From positions 45,209,605 through 45,273,604 of the forward strand of contig NC_057734.1 in assembly GCF_004010195.1 (NCBI RefSeq): a stretch of 64,000 bases of DNA, given 5' to 3'. The position numbers and the translations under genes are program-made. The stretch comes from Chiloscyllium plagiosum. Lineage: Eukaryota. The notes under the pieces are model-generated. The model saw only the letters and a list, made by a program, of their open reading frames with translations. It was not told where the DNA came from and did no database searches. Of this stretch, positions 12,918 to 25,358 are shown one piece after another; positions within the stretch are counted from its first letter, which is position 1; each line of letters opens with the position of its first letter.

Positions 12918-14249
12918 TGTGGTAGGACTGTTTGTTCTAACCTTTGCATAACTGCCTCTGCTATGAGTCCCGAGATTGGTGATCCCATGGGTGTTCCGTT
13001 GATTTGTTCGTAAATCTGGTTGTTGAATGTGAAGTGTGTTGTGAGGCACAAGTCCAGTAGTTTAAGTATGCTTGTTGATAGGTTCAGCGTCCTGTTTTCT
13101 GTTCTGTATGTTCAGTAGGTTGGCTATTGTTTCTCTGGCTAGGGTTTCGTCAATCGAAGTGAACAGTGCCGTCACGTCGAATGATATCATGGTTTCTTCT
13201 TTGTCTGTGTGTATTTTTCTGATGATATATTTCTGGAAATATATTGCCATTCCTTCAGTGATACTGGGTCAAAATCCTGGAACCTCCTCATCACAGCATT
13301 CGTCCACAGTAGTTGAATAACGTTGCCCACATCACATTCTCAAAGGCAATTAGAGTTGGTAATAAAAGCTGTCCTAGATATCAAAACCAAAAATCTCAGA
13401 TTTCTTTTCCCTTCACATGAAGCAACTCATTTGTCCCAAACAAGGCAGCATTAGTCTTAGGAGAAGGAGGGACAATGTGCAGGCTGTACATCTGAAAGTG
13501 TAATGATGTATCTTACTCCTTAAATCAAACCTGGGTCACCAGGAAAATAGGATTCATTCTGCCCTATATTGTGATATATAGGCCCTGATGAGACGTACAA
13601 TGGGCAATCGCCTCGTTATATGAGCAGCACTGAGAAGAATATCAGCGTGACTGTCCCCGATATAGTCTAGACAACTGTGTGTAGCATGCTGTTATCACAA
13701 TGAGGGATTCAAGATTATAAAAATATTTCTTGGTCCCAACCCTCTGTCATCCGCTTAATGAAAATAGGACTCCCCGGTTTAAGCCCCCGTCCATGAGCGG
13801 ACTCTGTCTTCCCCATTGACATATTCATCAACAACGATTTACATTGAAGATTATCCCAGTCCCTCTAAATTTTGACACACTTAAAACAGCGATTCTTTAA
13901 GTTTCTCAATCTTGAAATTGTTCCCTGTCATTTATTTAATGGCTTGGATTGTTTTTCTCTACTCTGGTTTTACCTTCTTTGTCCAACATGTGCGCACCTT
14001 CGCTTTCATTATTCTTTCTTAAATTAGTTACATTCAGAGCCGTTAAATCTGTTTATTCAATAACTCATGCTTTTCTCCACTACTCTCTATGGATTTCCTC
14101 TCCGTTTGTCGAATACTTTGTCTTCCTTGGTTGAATGCGAAAATCCTCGGACATTGCATCCTACAAGAAACATAAGACGTCTCTTCTTATGTATGCATAC
14201 AGAGATACACATGCTCACAATCGCCATCAGTCTTACACATGAAATCTCT

Positions 14250-14303
14250 CTCACACACTAACAACACACAGACACGCACACACACACACGCGCACACACG
14301 CAC
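14250..14303. repeat. Imperfect (CA)n microsatellite
   Basis: cacacac...cacgcgcacacacg. Confidence 0.8.
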
Positions 14304-14764
14304 GAAATGACAGGTACTCTTTCGGACCATTCGGAACAGTATGTTTCTTCTGACCGTTGAGCACTTTGCACCATTTACTTCCGGGAGTCTTAAAGTACTG
14401 AAATCAAAATAGATTTGACCCATTTTGACAGAAATGAAAGATGCTGAAATGAATTCAACGTTCGATCAATTGTTTTATTGAACTGCTGTGATGGGATAGA
14501 TTCATAATGCTTCAATACTTAAGACACAATCACATTGTTCCTGTCTTTCATTCAGATGTATAGATGCAAGCTAATAATCATTGGTATTTCAGTTAAAGCA
14601 GCATGTTTGTAAAAACTAGTTACTTTTACAAACGGAAGTTTCCAGCGCGATGAGCTTTTTAAAAAATTGACGGAAATGCAAATGATTTCTACCGTATTGT
14701 TGCATGGGCGGTATGAACAGGAATAAACAAGCTTTCTCAATTGAGACAAGTGCAGTTTCCGAAA

Positions 14765-15088
14765 TCACATACAGCTCGATCTCGAGATACTTGTCTGAAA
14801 CGGAGTTGCCTGAGTCTCATGTTTAACCCCACAGGAGTAAAGATCGTGTAAGTTCCACTCTGAGGCTGATAGAGTCAGAATAGCTGCTCACACTGAACGT
14901 GTTGTTCGTCTCCTGCTAAACCTGACTGGTCTCTACACCGTTCCCTTTGACACTGCCATCTACCGTCCACTCAATCTCTACAGTGCCCGGGTTAAAATCT
15001 CTCACCAAACACACCAGGGTCGCCGTGTTCTTCTCTGTGATTTGAACCGATGAAGGCGGAAGGAGGGAAACGGATGGTTCCCGCGGAC
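14765..15088 (-). pseudogene. IGLC: Gene 1 constant exon with nonsense and frameshift lesions
   Basis: SPREPSVSLLPPSS...GVETSQV* followed by a +1 insertion relative to the gene 2 C exon. Confidence 0.9.
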
Positions 15089-17809
15089 CTGTTTAAAATA
15101 AATTGGGTTTAAATGACTTAAGGGACTGCATTTTTAAGCAGTAGATTTCTTCCAAGACAATACAATTTAAATTATGTCAATCACGGAATGTAATGAATAG
15201 TTCACTTCGTTTTGCGTGCATTTTAATGTGCTATTTAATCCAAGAAGGACTGAACATGAGAGATCGGTTTGTTTCAGTCTGACGAAATCATATTGATTTT
15301 TAATGGGAGGCTGGAGTATTGCAATAGGTCTGACTAAGTTTACATAGAATATACGTCTGTTTCATTTTGTAACGGCATCCCTTGAAGAACAAAAGGAGCA
15401 TCTTGGCAGAGCTGCTGATGACACTTTATACACCTGCCATGGCTCTACAACAAGATACCAACGTGCCCTCTACGATTAGAAATAGTATTGATAATATGAA
15501 AAAAGAACGTATGTTAAAGTTGTTTTGATTTGCTTACGTGAAGAAATTGTAATCAGTTTTATTACAAGTGGTTCGATCAACTTTTGCTAATGTAAAGCAG
15601 TTGACTAATACTCAACTCCCATCTCTTCTTGATAGTCAATGACATTTCCATCACATTATAACTCCGCTATCGATATTTGATGGTTATCATTGCCGGGAAA
15701 CAGAACTATTCCAGCCATGTACTTAAAATGGCTACAAGAGCAGGACAGTGGTAGAATAACGCACTTCCTGATTCCCCAAGACTGATCGGTCATTGAAATG
15801 CACTTTCTACCGAATTCTCCAAACTCGTTATTATCCCAGACAAAGCAGCCCATTTGCCTGGCACGCCATCCAGCAGATTAAACATGTCCACGATGCATTG
15901 CAGCAACTCACTAAGGCTCTGACAAATATACCTTCCAAATCCGAAATCTCTGCTAACTGGGAGGATAAAGAAAGCAGGCGCATGGGGATACCGCCACCTG
16001 CAAGTTCTCTTCCAAAGCATACCCCACCCTGTACTGGAACTATATCGCCGTTAATTCACTGTAGCTGTTTTTAACTCTAGGTAAACCCTCCCTTTTACAC
16101 CAGCTCTACCCCCTCCACAGCGTACACGTGCTGTGAAAGAATGGGGCGCATAAGAAGTAATAACGTCAGCAGAAGTATCAACAGAAAAGTGTAAACAGGC
16201 TGCCCGCCCATTAGCAGTTGTTTTACTCTGTCACCAAGATCGAAGTCTCACCAATGCGCACTCTTGTTGCTTGAATATGAGGTTTATATACCTGGATCTC
16301 CTCGAGCAAGGATTACTTTGCAGAGATATTGTGAGAAGCCATGTCTATTATTTCAATCTATTAAATATTCCCAATTTCCCTAATGCTGCATAGATTTTGA
16401 TTCGGAATCGGCCTTCTCTGCTCACTGATACCGAAATCACCAGCAGCTGAGATCAGACTCCAACAGGCGAGATAACAGGGAATCTCTATTTGTAGTACAC
16501 ATTCTAATTGCACTGGACCATCTGACGATGTCAATAATCCAAGTACAATAAAACGATGTGATCGTGCACCTGATTGTTGACTGCAATTAAGGCCAGCGAA
16601 TTCCATTGCAATTCGCATAGGCTTCTTCAGAGAAGTAGTCTTGCCTTATTGGTGGACCGCTTTGAGAATTTACCGTTTTCCATTTAGTCCGCCAATTCGC
16701 CAACACGCAACAAACGTCGAGGGTGTGGTGCTGCAAAAGCACAGCCGGTCAGGCAGCATCGGAGGAGCAGGAGAATCGACATTTGGAGCCAGAACCACAC
16801 TCTCGACTCCTATCTGCATTCCACACTTTCGAACTGAACTTCCGTTATAACTCAAAGCCGCTAGATTCACTACAACAGTAGTCGTCGCTAAGCAAGTTAA
16901 GGGAGCTAAGAACGCTGACGGCTAAAGTTACCTGTTCCCAACCGCTATCTCTACAGATGCTGCCGACCTGCTGACTTTCTCCAGCAATTTCCGTTTTTGA
17001 TTCAGAATTCCATAATCCGCAGCTCTTTGTTTTATTTTAAGCTAAAGTTACCATTTTTGACTTTCCATTGCCCCTTGTGTTCTGAAGTGGGAGTTTATAT
17101 GGGTTGACCTTTCTCGCTTCGTCAATCAGTTGGCGCTGGACAGCATCATTTACTTATGAAAATCGTTACTGCAGCTTTTAGTAAACTACTAAATTGCCCG
17201 GATACAAAAATATTCAACTCGGCTTCATCACAGCTCGAGGATCCACTCCTCGTGTTTCCCGACGAGAATGGCGGAACAGAAATAAAGTGTTCTAAATTTT
17301 TCACTAAAAATAACAAAGGATTCTGGAGATCTGAAACAAAAACACAAATTCCTGGGGAAACCTAGCAGGTCTGGCATCATCTGTGGAGAGAAAGCAAAGT
17401 TAACGTTTGCAGTCCAGTTCTGATGAAGAGTCAGCGGTCTGAAAGCGTCAACTCTGCTTTCTCTCCACACAGGCTACTGGACCTGCTGGGAGTTTCTCCA
17501 GCAATTTCTGCTTTTTTGGTTTCTTAAATATTTTCCCGTCCACTGACACAGAGACTATGGCGCCAATTGTTCTTCTGGCCGCTGTAAAGCCGCTCAATAC
17601 AGGACAAACCCTAAGCATAAAGCCTTATAAAGGTACAGGACGCAGTTCTTAAACAGTTAATAGGCAGCTCTAGATAGTTTGGAAACAATTTATATTGTAT
17701 TGTGAACAAAATGTTACAAGTGTTGCAAAGTAAAATGTAGATCATCATAGTATTTTGCTCTAAAACGGAATCAAGTTTTGAACTCTACAGGAAAAGGGGT
17801 TTTACTCAC

Positions 17810-18157
17810 TGCCCACACTCAGCTTGGTGCCTGTGCCGAAGAAGTAGATGTTGTTCTTCCATAAGGCACAGTAATAGTCCGCGGCGTCCTCCGATTCAAC
17901 GTTACTGATTCTTAACGTTCCTGTGTTGCCGGAGACAGAACCCGAAAACCGGTCTGGAACACCTGAGGCTCTGTTCGTGCTGCTGCCGGCCCAGTGTTTA
18001 AGCAGATACCCAGGAGCATTTCCAGATTTCTGTTGATACCAATGAATGGTGGCGCTTCCTAAGGAGGCACCAGACGGAGTGCAACTAATCTGGACGGTCC
18101 CTCCGGGGGAAGTCGATTTTGAAAGCGGTTGGTTTATCGCAATCTCTGCGCTCGAAA
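17810..18157 (-). CDS. Gene 1 pre-joined V-J exon (open frame)
   Basis: 348 nt, about 91% identical to the gene 2 VJ by manual alignment; intact AG/GT splice sites. Confidence 0.92.
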
Positions 18158-18306
18158 CTGGAGCAAAAAAACAAGCATCAGGAACCTTACTGCTGTGTAT
18201 TTTGATCAATTATTGAAACTATTGAATATATACGCATTGGAAAGATCACCTCGAACAATCTCCACAAAATGGATTTCACAGTAAATCTAAATGTGAGAAC
18301 ACCCAC

Positions 18307-18355
18307 CTGCAAGGCAGAAACAGAAAACAACAGTAAGACGTGCCCAGTCAGACAT
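18307..18355 (-). CDS. Gene 1 leader exon
   Basis: ATG...MSDWARLTVVFCFCLA(G)|GTGGGT; 149-bp intron. Confidence 0.88.
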
Positions 18356-18430
18356 GGTGAAAGGTTTAACCAGGCTGAGATGCACTGAGAGCTGTTTAAC
18401 CAGATGTATTCAGTACCTGAAATGTTCACT

Positions 18431-18483
18431 CTTTTAATAAGATCGGACACCAAGAAGGTGTTGCCCTTTGCTGTTATGCAAAT
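18431..18483 (-). promoter_or_regulatory. Gene 1 promoter: octamer (18476-18483) and TATA-like element (18431-18440)
   Basis: ATTTGCAT and TTATTAAAAG on the minus strand upstream of the leader ATG. Confidence 0.85.
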
Positions 18484-20791
18484 TAATATTTTCATCTCAC
18501 CCAATCAGCCTCTGAAACCCAAAGACATTCTCAAAATCCCTTCAGCGAACAGCAAATACAAGAAAGGTTATAGAAAAGCAAAATGCAGCGGTTGCGGAAA
18601 TTCCAAGACTAAACAGAAAATGTCTATATCAGTGCAGGAAATATCGTGGAGCGAGGAAATGGATCCACATTTCATTTCGTGACCTTTCTATAGAAGCTAA
18701 AATCAACTTGCCAAAAGCCTTACCACTCTCCCAACGTGTGCTCTGTGCAGTCTATCTTGCTAAATTGGATTTGAATCCTCGAAACAAGCAACAATAAAAG
18801 ATGTCAGAAACAGATTTAACGTTTCTAGTCCAGAGACTTCTTCAGTTCCAAAGAATGTGAAATGATATCTCTGTTATTCTTCTCCACACGTGTTGTCAGA
18901 CCTGCTGTGCTTCTCCAGTACTATTTGTTTTTTCTTATGATTTCCAGCATCCGCAGCATTCTGTGTTTATGGAAAGATGCCATTTAGCTCCTGAAGTGTG
19001 CACCGCCTCTTTGACACATCTACCCAACACCCAAATGTCGCAGTGTTCCGGGAAAGTGATGGGGTCCAGTTCGCTCAGTGTTGGCTCCGGCTCCATAAAC
19101 GGAACAATTGGTCACTGGGAAGGACAGTTATACTCAAACACAAATACTTCCTGAACTACTATCTCCAGAATTTTCAATTTATTCTCCGAATTTCAATATC
19201 CTCTGCATTTTGATTTTGTAATACCTTCGTTTTCTAACACCTTGCTTGCAGTTACTGTTCGTTGAAGAAAGTTTGAAATTGTGGTTAGGTTTCACAGATT
19301 GATTGGTTGAATTGAAAACATCCATTGATGTTAATTTTAACACTGAGATCAATAAATGTTGTTAAGCGAATGTATTAAGGAATACAGGTCAAAGTCAAGA
19401 ATATGGCGCAGGCCCACATATCAACCATATCTCATTAAATTGCGCAACAGGGTCGAGGGCCTGATCGGTCTACGCCTGTCTATATGCTCCATAAATTCTC
19501 CTTTGGTCAGTCACGGTACCAAGGCAAGTTGTGAAAATAAATTGGACGAATAGATGAAAATGGGGTTAGAGAACGGGCGCCAAATTCCAATATAATTGGA
19601 AAACCCAGGGTCGGGTGTTTTATGCAACTCACGCGATTTTCGTGCAGGTTGAATTATTAATGAAATCCCAATAATGTCTCACACAGCCAGAATGGTCAGA
19701 ACGAACCTTTGAATTGGTGGGTTAATAGGCAATAGGTCTGTAACACAGCAGATAGAGGATTCATGGTCCGTGGGTCCAAAAGGAGCCTGTGAATGAGTAT
19801 GCAATTACATTCACATCGTCGCTTGTTCACCAAAGCATGCGATTATTACTGTTGCCTTCCTTTTGCTGAGTTTAACATCTGTTATCGCCAAAGTCTGAAG
19901 GTTTCTGAAGTTGGGGATAAAGCTTTATTCAACTTCACTGTGAAAGTTTGACAAAAAAACTGTGAAATTGTCTTCAGTTACTCATGAAATACCGCACCAG
20001 GAAGAGGTTGCCTCTTTCTTTCCACAGAAATCTGCAGGGCCTGTTGAGTGTTTGCAGCATTTTCCTGTTTTTATTCCGAAGGTTAAATTAGTTGAACCTA
20101 AGATTCGAGTATTTTGCAGTCTTATCCCTTCATGTTTGATTCAAGGTATATTGTTGTAAATAGTTGTAGAAACGTATAAAGCCGCTCCCTTCTGAAAGAA
20201 AATAATGTAACAAGTAAAATGTTGTTTTTGGACACAGTTTTGTGAACCTGGGTGAAATGTTAGGAAACAGCATGCTTTATAGTCGTTTGTATTCATTGGA
20301 AGAATTTTCACTTGATTGTATGACACAATTTCTTATATAAAACATTTTCTGAGATTTCAAATCGTGATTTATACGGGATGTTCATTAGCTAAACTACCAC
20401 GTCAAAACTTGAGCTTTGATTTCTTTGCCTCCAAGAGTAGCGTCACTTAACCTTCCGCCAAATGCTCACAGCAGGACGATCTTATACCTCTGTTGGTTCT
20501 TCCTTTATCATCAAGATCTGATGCTATAACCCAGGTAACGCTGGTGCAGCACATTACAACGATCTTAGCTCCGCGCTCAAGGGGATGCTTGAGGACATTT
20601 TCAAAATTGCCCAAACACCTGAGGCGGTTTTTCACTACCCTAGCGAACCTTGCAACAGTCGGCTCGATGAATACATGGGCCTGATATAGTATTAAACTCT
20701 TCTGCTTCGTTTTCTTGATTCAAAAAAATCCAGCAGGGCCTAAAGTTTCCCGTTAATTTTGCAGCCCTTCTCTCGGCGGTCCTCCCTAAAT

Positions 20792-20981
20792 ATGCTGTGG
20801 TGTTGGCCTGTGATGGACAAAGTTAAAAGTCACACAACGCCAGGCTATATCCAACAGGTTTATTTGGAAGCACTAGCTTTCGGAGTGTTGCTACCTGATG
20901 AATGAGCCGCGCTCCGTAAACTAGTGCTACCAAATAAACTTATTGAACTATAACCTGGTGTTGTGTGATTTTTAGCGTTGT
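20792..20981. mobile_element. Short fold-back PLE-derived element (paralog ~43290-43490)
   Basis: Inverted arms, central degenerate hammerhead, flanking CCTCCCTAAAT repeat. Confidence 0.7.
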
Positions 20982-21762
20982 CCTCCCTAAATGGGCGTAC
21001 ATTGTAAATAAGTTGTTTGGGCCTGATTCAGCACTGGGACCTCAGTGATTCATACAAACAATCAATGCCGTAATTCGATTGAAAATAATAACGCATCCAC
21101 GTTTGCTGATAATACAAATCCAAAAGTGAATGCAGAATGCGAGGAGGTGAAGGCTGAAAATAAGTTCAATGTGGGCAAATACGAAGCAGTCACTTGCCAG
21201 AATACATAACAAAGCAGTAGTTTTCAGTGTACTAGTATGGGGCATACAGAAATAATTACATCAAACAATTTGCAAAGCAACGGGTTTGGAGAAAAAGAAT
21301 AAGTCATTCTCGCTCTAATTGTATAAGAGTAGCCTGTGGGTGTGGGAGAAGCTTGTCGGGTGATACAACGCATAGTTTGGGCTTCATATTTAAAGAAAGA
21401 TATCCTTGCATTGTAGTTGCTACAAGGAAGGGTCATGCGATAACTTCCTGGAGACCCAGGGTCTGCCTATGCTATGAGGCTGAGTATATTGTGTCCATAT
21501 TTTCTGGAGATCTGTGGAATGAAAGTCCGTTCCATTGAAGCATGGTACATTCTGAAGGGCCTTGAGCTGTTAAACACTGAAAACGCGAAGTCTAGTAACT
21601 TTCAACCAGAAATCAGACATCAAAGTCTCAGTTCAAAGGGAAGCAAATGACTTTATTTTGTCATCAAAATCTTTTTTGAAAAACAATGCAGATTAAACCA
21701 CTACAAAACATTTGCAAACACGTTATGCTGATTTGTCGTATTTTGAAATATTAAACGTTTAC

Positions 21763-22510
21763 CATAGAGTCATAGAGATGTACAGCACGGAAACAGACCA
21801 TTCGGTGATGAAGGGTTTTTGCCCGAAACGTCGATTTTACTGCTCCTCAGATGCTGCCTGAACTGCTGTGCTCTTCCAGCACCACTAATCCAGAATCCAA
21901 CTCAACCATGCCGACCAGCTATCCCAAACTAATCTAGTCCCACCTGCCAGGACCTGGCCCATATCCGTCCAAACTCTTCCTATTCAGAAACCCATTCAAA
22001 TGCCTTTTAAATATTGCAATTGTACTAGCCTCCACCACTTCCTCTGGCAGCTCATTCCATACACGTACCACCCTCTGCGTGAAAAAGTTGCCCCTTACGT
22101 CTCTTTCATATCTTTCCCCTCTCACCCTAAACCTATGCCCTCTAGTTCTGGACTCCCCCACCACAGGAAAAAGACTTTGTCTATTTACCCTATCCATACC
22201 CCTCATGAGATTATAAACCTCTATGAGGTCACCCCTCAGCCTCCGACGCTCCAGGGAAAACAGCCCCAGCCTCTTCAAACTCTCCCTATAGCTCAAATCC
22301 TCCAAACCTGGCAACGTCCTTGTAAATCTTTTCTGAACCCTTTCAAGTTTCACAACAACTTTTCGATGGGAAGGAGACCAGAATTGCACGCAATATTCCA
22401 ACAGTGGCCTAACCAATGTCCTGTACAGCCGCAACATGACCTCCCAACTCCTGTACTCAATACTCTGACCAAGAAAGGAAAGCATACCAAACGCCTTCTT
22501 CATTATCCTA
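21763..22510 (-). mobile_element. CR1 LINE 3' fragment with nested PLE tail (21805-21895)
   Basis: ORF LYRTLVRPLLEYCVQFWSP...LERVQKRFTR...WNELP. Confidence 0.92.
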
Positions 22511-23360
22511 ACTACGTACGACTCCACTGCATGTTAAAATATAATTGTGGCACAATTAACAATGACTGCAATTTATGTGGAACAGAACCAATAGGCATGA
22601 TCTGAACTCCCAATTATCTATGAATAAAGAAGGTAGAGGGGGAAATCATTCTGCTGCCAATGCCTGAGGGCTGTTACCACAATGAGGGCGGGGTGAGCAG
22701 ATGTGAGAGATGTAGAGACCTGAAGTCTATTTGCATCTTTCTCGCATCCATGACCTTCCCTCTCCTGCCCCCGTAGGTCATGCTCAACAGCAGATAATTC
22801 GGCCCTGGATTGCTGCGGGACTAAGTTGCAGCCGCGGTCACTTCACCGACTGTCTCATGTAAATGAACGCATTCTAAACTGGATGGCAGAGCAGGCACAA
22901 CCACTTGTGTTTGTCTCGGCTGAATGCAACATTCTGATTCAAGACAACCTGCATCACGGCAGTGTTGAAAAGACCTGCGATCAGTTTCTAGCCCCAAAAC
23001 ATTTAACACTTTTTGGAACAAATTAAGCTTTCCCCAAAGCATCTGTTACTTTCTGCAAGTAGGTTATCACTGTCTCATTCGTAAAATGTGTGCACCTGCC
23101 GGTCTAACTTCTTGACATGCATCTGACGTGTCCTTGGTGTTGGTGCATAATATGAAACGTGTATTTCCAAATTTGCAAAGGTATCACCCTCTTCTACTGA
23201 ACCTATGACATAAGCTTCACTGACACCTTGCTCAAGGTGACAGAGTAATGGAGATGGGTGGCAGGGTTCCAATTATCACAGACTCTCCCTTCTACAAACT
23301 GCACATTTGAGGTGAACACAAGTATTACTACACAGCCATCTCTGCCCTCACATATAGATT

Positions 23361-23374
23361 GCGCCCCCTGCTGC
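23361..23374 (-). promoter_or_regulatory. Candidate CTCF site upstream of gene 1
   Basis: GCAGCAGGGGGCGC on the minus strand, close to the CTCF core CCASYAGRKGGCRC; identical in the paralogous unit. Confidence 0.55.
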
Positions 23375-23634
23375 TCCATTTCATGATGTCTCGCTTCTTC
23401 CTTCAAAACAGTTCTATATCACCTTTGTGGAAAACCCACGTTTCTGTTCCTTCAACAGCATTACATTATACACACTAAGTAGCTGTCACTGCTGAATAAC
23501 TGCCGTCACCAGCTAATATGCCCATTGACCCTGTGGACTTCTCAGATGAGTGCATTTATAATTATTCGATATAGCTAATTTTCTTGTTCATACGTAAGTT
23601 CCTCTTTCAGCTCGTGACATCCTCCTTGTTAATG

Positions 23635-24810
23635 GAGTCATACGTCACCGAAACAGACCTTTCAGCCGAAACAGTTCCATGATGAATGTAATTCCAAACT
23701 AAACTCGCCTCACTTGACTACGCTCGACTCATATGCCCCAAACCATTACATATTTATTTGCGTAAATAAATTTTGTAATTTTTCTTTTAAATTTTGTAAT
23801 TGTGCCGACATACACCATCTTCTTTGGAAGTTCATTCCACACTTGAACGACACTCTTGTGTAAAACAGTGATTTCGAGTGTCTTTTTTGAATCTTTAGCT
23901 ACTCAACTTTGAAATATACCCACTAGTCTTGAAATTCCCGCCCATCGGCAAAGACACGTACTTTTCTATGCCCCTCATGATTTTATAAACTTCTTTAAGG
24001 TCACCCGTCAACCTCCTACATGCCAATGAGAAAAGTCCCAGCCTATCCAGCCTCTTCCTGGAACTCAAACTCTCCATCCCTGACAACATTCTGGTAAATC
24101 TCTTTTGAACCCTCTCCAGTTTAATGATAGCATACATAAAACAGGGCCATCAGAACAGTAGACAGTACGCCAGAAACGGCCTCACCAATGTACTGCAAGC
24201 CTCCACATGATGTCTCAACTCCCATACTCAAAGCTCTGAAGAATGAAGGCAAACGTCCGAAACGCGTTCTTAACCATCCTGTCTGCATGTGATGTACACT
24301 TCAACCAATTGTGTTCCCGACTCTCCGGTCGCTCTATTCTACAACAATACCCAAGGTCCTACTTGTAATTGGAAGTCCTGCCCTTGTTTGTTTTACCAAA
24401 ATACAATACCTCACATTTATCCAAAATAAAACCCATCTGCCACTCCTCAGCCCATTGGCCCAATTGATCAAGGTCTCTTTGTAATCATAGATAACGTTCT
24501 TCGTGGTCCACTATACTGCCAATGTTGGTATCATCCGCAAATTTACTAACCTTGCCTTTTATGTCCTGATTTAATCCATTCATATAAGTGACAAATGAGA
24601 GTCGATCCAGTACCGAACCCTGCAGAACTCCGCTTGTAACAGGCCTCCCCAGCCCGAAAAAAACCCTGCACTCTAACTCTCTGTCTCCTAATGTAAAGCC
24701 AGCTTTGTATCCAATTAGCAAGCTCACCCCGAATCCCATGTGATCTGTTTTAATTAATTGGTCTACGCTGCAGAACCTTGTCGAAAGCTTTGAAAAGTTC
24801 AAGTAAACAT
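23635..24810 (-). mobile_element. Old CR1 LINE fragment predating the duplication (paralog split into 45655-46445 and 50607-50925)
   Basis: VTSGVLQGSVL...KFADDT; LERVQKRFTRML. Confidence 0.85.
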
Positions 24811-25358
24811 CGTAACATTAGACAGAGCACTGGTTGGTACACCCCAAAGTCGCCACCTCGCCCTGTCAGGTGTGCTAAATCAGGAATGTTTCCCTTGCAC
24901 CCCCCACCCTCGAAACCCAGATGGGACTTCATTCTAAGACGTAAGAAAACCGTGGGGGGTTGTGGGTTCAGTACCTCTGCATTGGGAATTCGTATCCCCA
25001 TCTGAGTGAATACACTCAAGCAAAGGGCACGCTGTTGGTTAAAGCTCTGCTGTTTGTTTTCCGGTCAGACAATAATAGAATCTATGTGGAACTATCTCCA
25101 CTAACGCTTCAGGTGAAATCACTGGTCCGATTAAAGGTGAAGTGATCTGAAATCAGGTTGATGTTCCCGGATTTGGACGAACGAGCCGCTCAATTCCTCA
25201 ATGAAATTCAATGACCACAAATCCCATTTCAGCCCTCCATAAGCCCCAGCCAATCGGAATCTTCTTGGTATTTCGTTTCAGTTTCCAAAAGATCTGAACG
25301 CCACTGGACATCGCTGGGTTTTGAGAATGGGGTAGTGGCAATTGTTGCTACTCGGGTA

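Larger units (their letters stand above)
11571..13233. mobile_element. Penelope (Poseidon-like) element with inverted tails, spanning a gap
   Basis: RT motifs SFDVTALFTSI and QINGTPMGSPIS on the minus strand; TSD TGGAAATATATT at 11559-11570 and 13234-13245. Confidence 0.88.
14765..18355 (-). pseudogene. IGL: Ig light chain gene 1: intact leader (18307-18355) and VJ (17810-18157), disabled C exon (14765-15088)
   Basis: Leader MSDWARLTVVFCFCLA and VJ EIAINQPLSK...YYCALWKNNIYFFGTGTKLSVG are open. C has an in-frame TAG at 14916-14918 (codon 58; CAG in gene 2) and a 1-bp insertion at 14879/14880. Confidence 0.9.

Noticed and set aside
11955-13051. Long ORFs across 12-13 kb, 47.5-47.9 kb and 53.6-54.1 kb
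   Set aside because: Artefacts of N gaps.
13585-13640. CTGATGAG conserved in all three units (possible hammerhead or C/D snoRNA box)
   Set aside because: No stem II-GAAA follows, and the candidate D box CTGA is not conserved in units 2 and 3.
18187-18504. 105-aa ORF recurring in all units (also 41127-41351 and 63062-63379)
   Set aside because: It is an alternative frame across the promoter, leader and intron; recurrence reflects the duplication, and it is truncated in gene 2.
19020-19096. ATG-initiated segment as an alternative leader exon
   Set aside because: Encodes an acidic, non-hydrophobic peptide; the ATG is absent in unit 3; the true leader lies next to the octamer.
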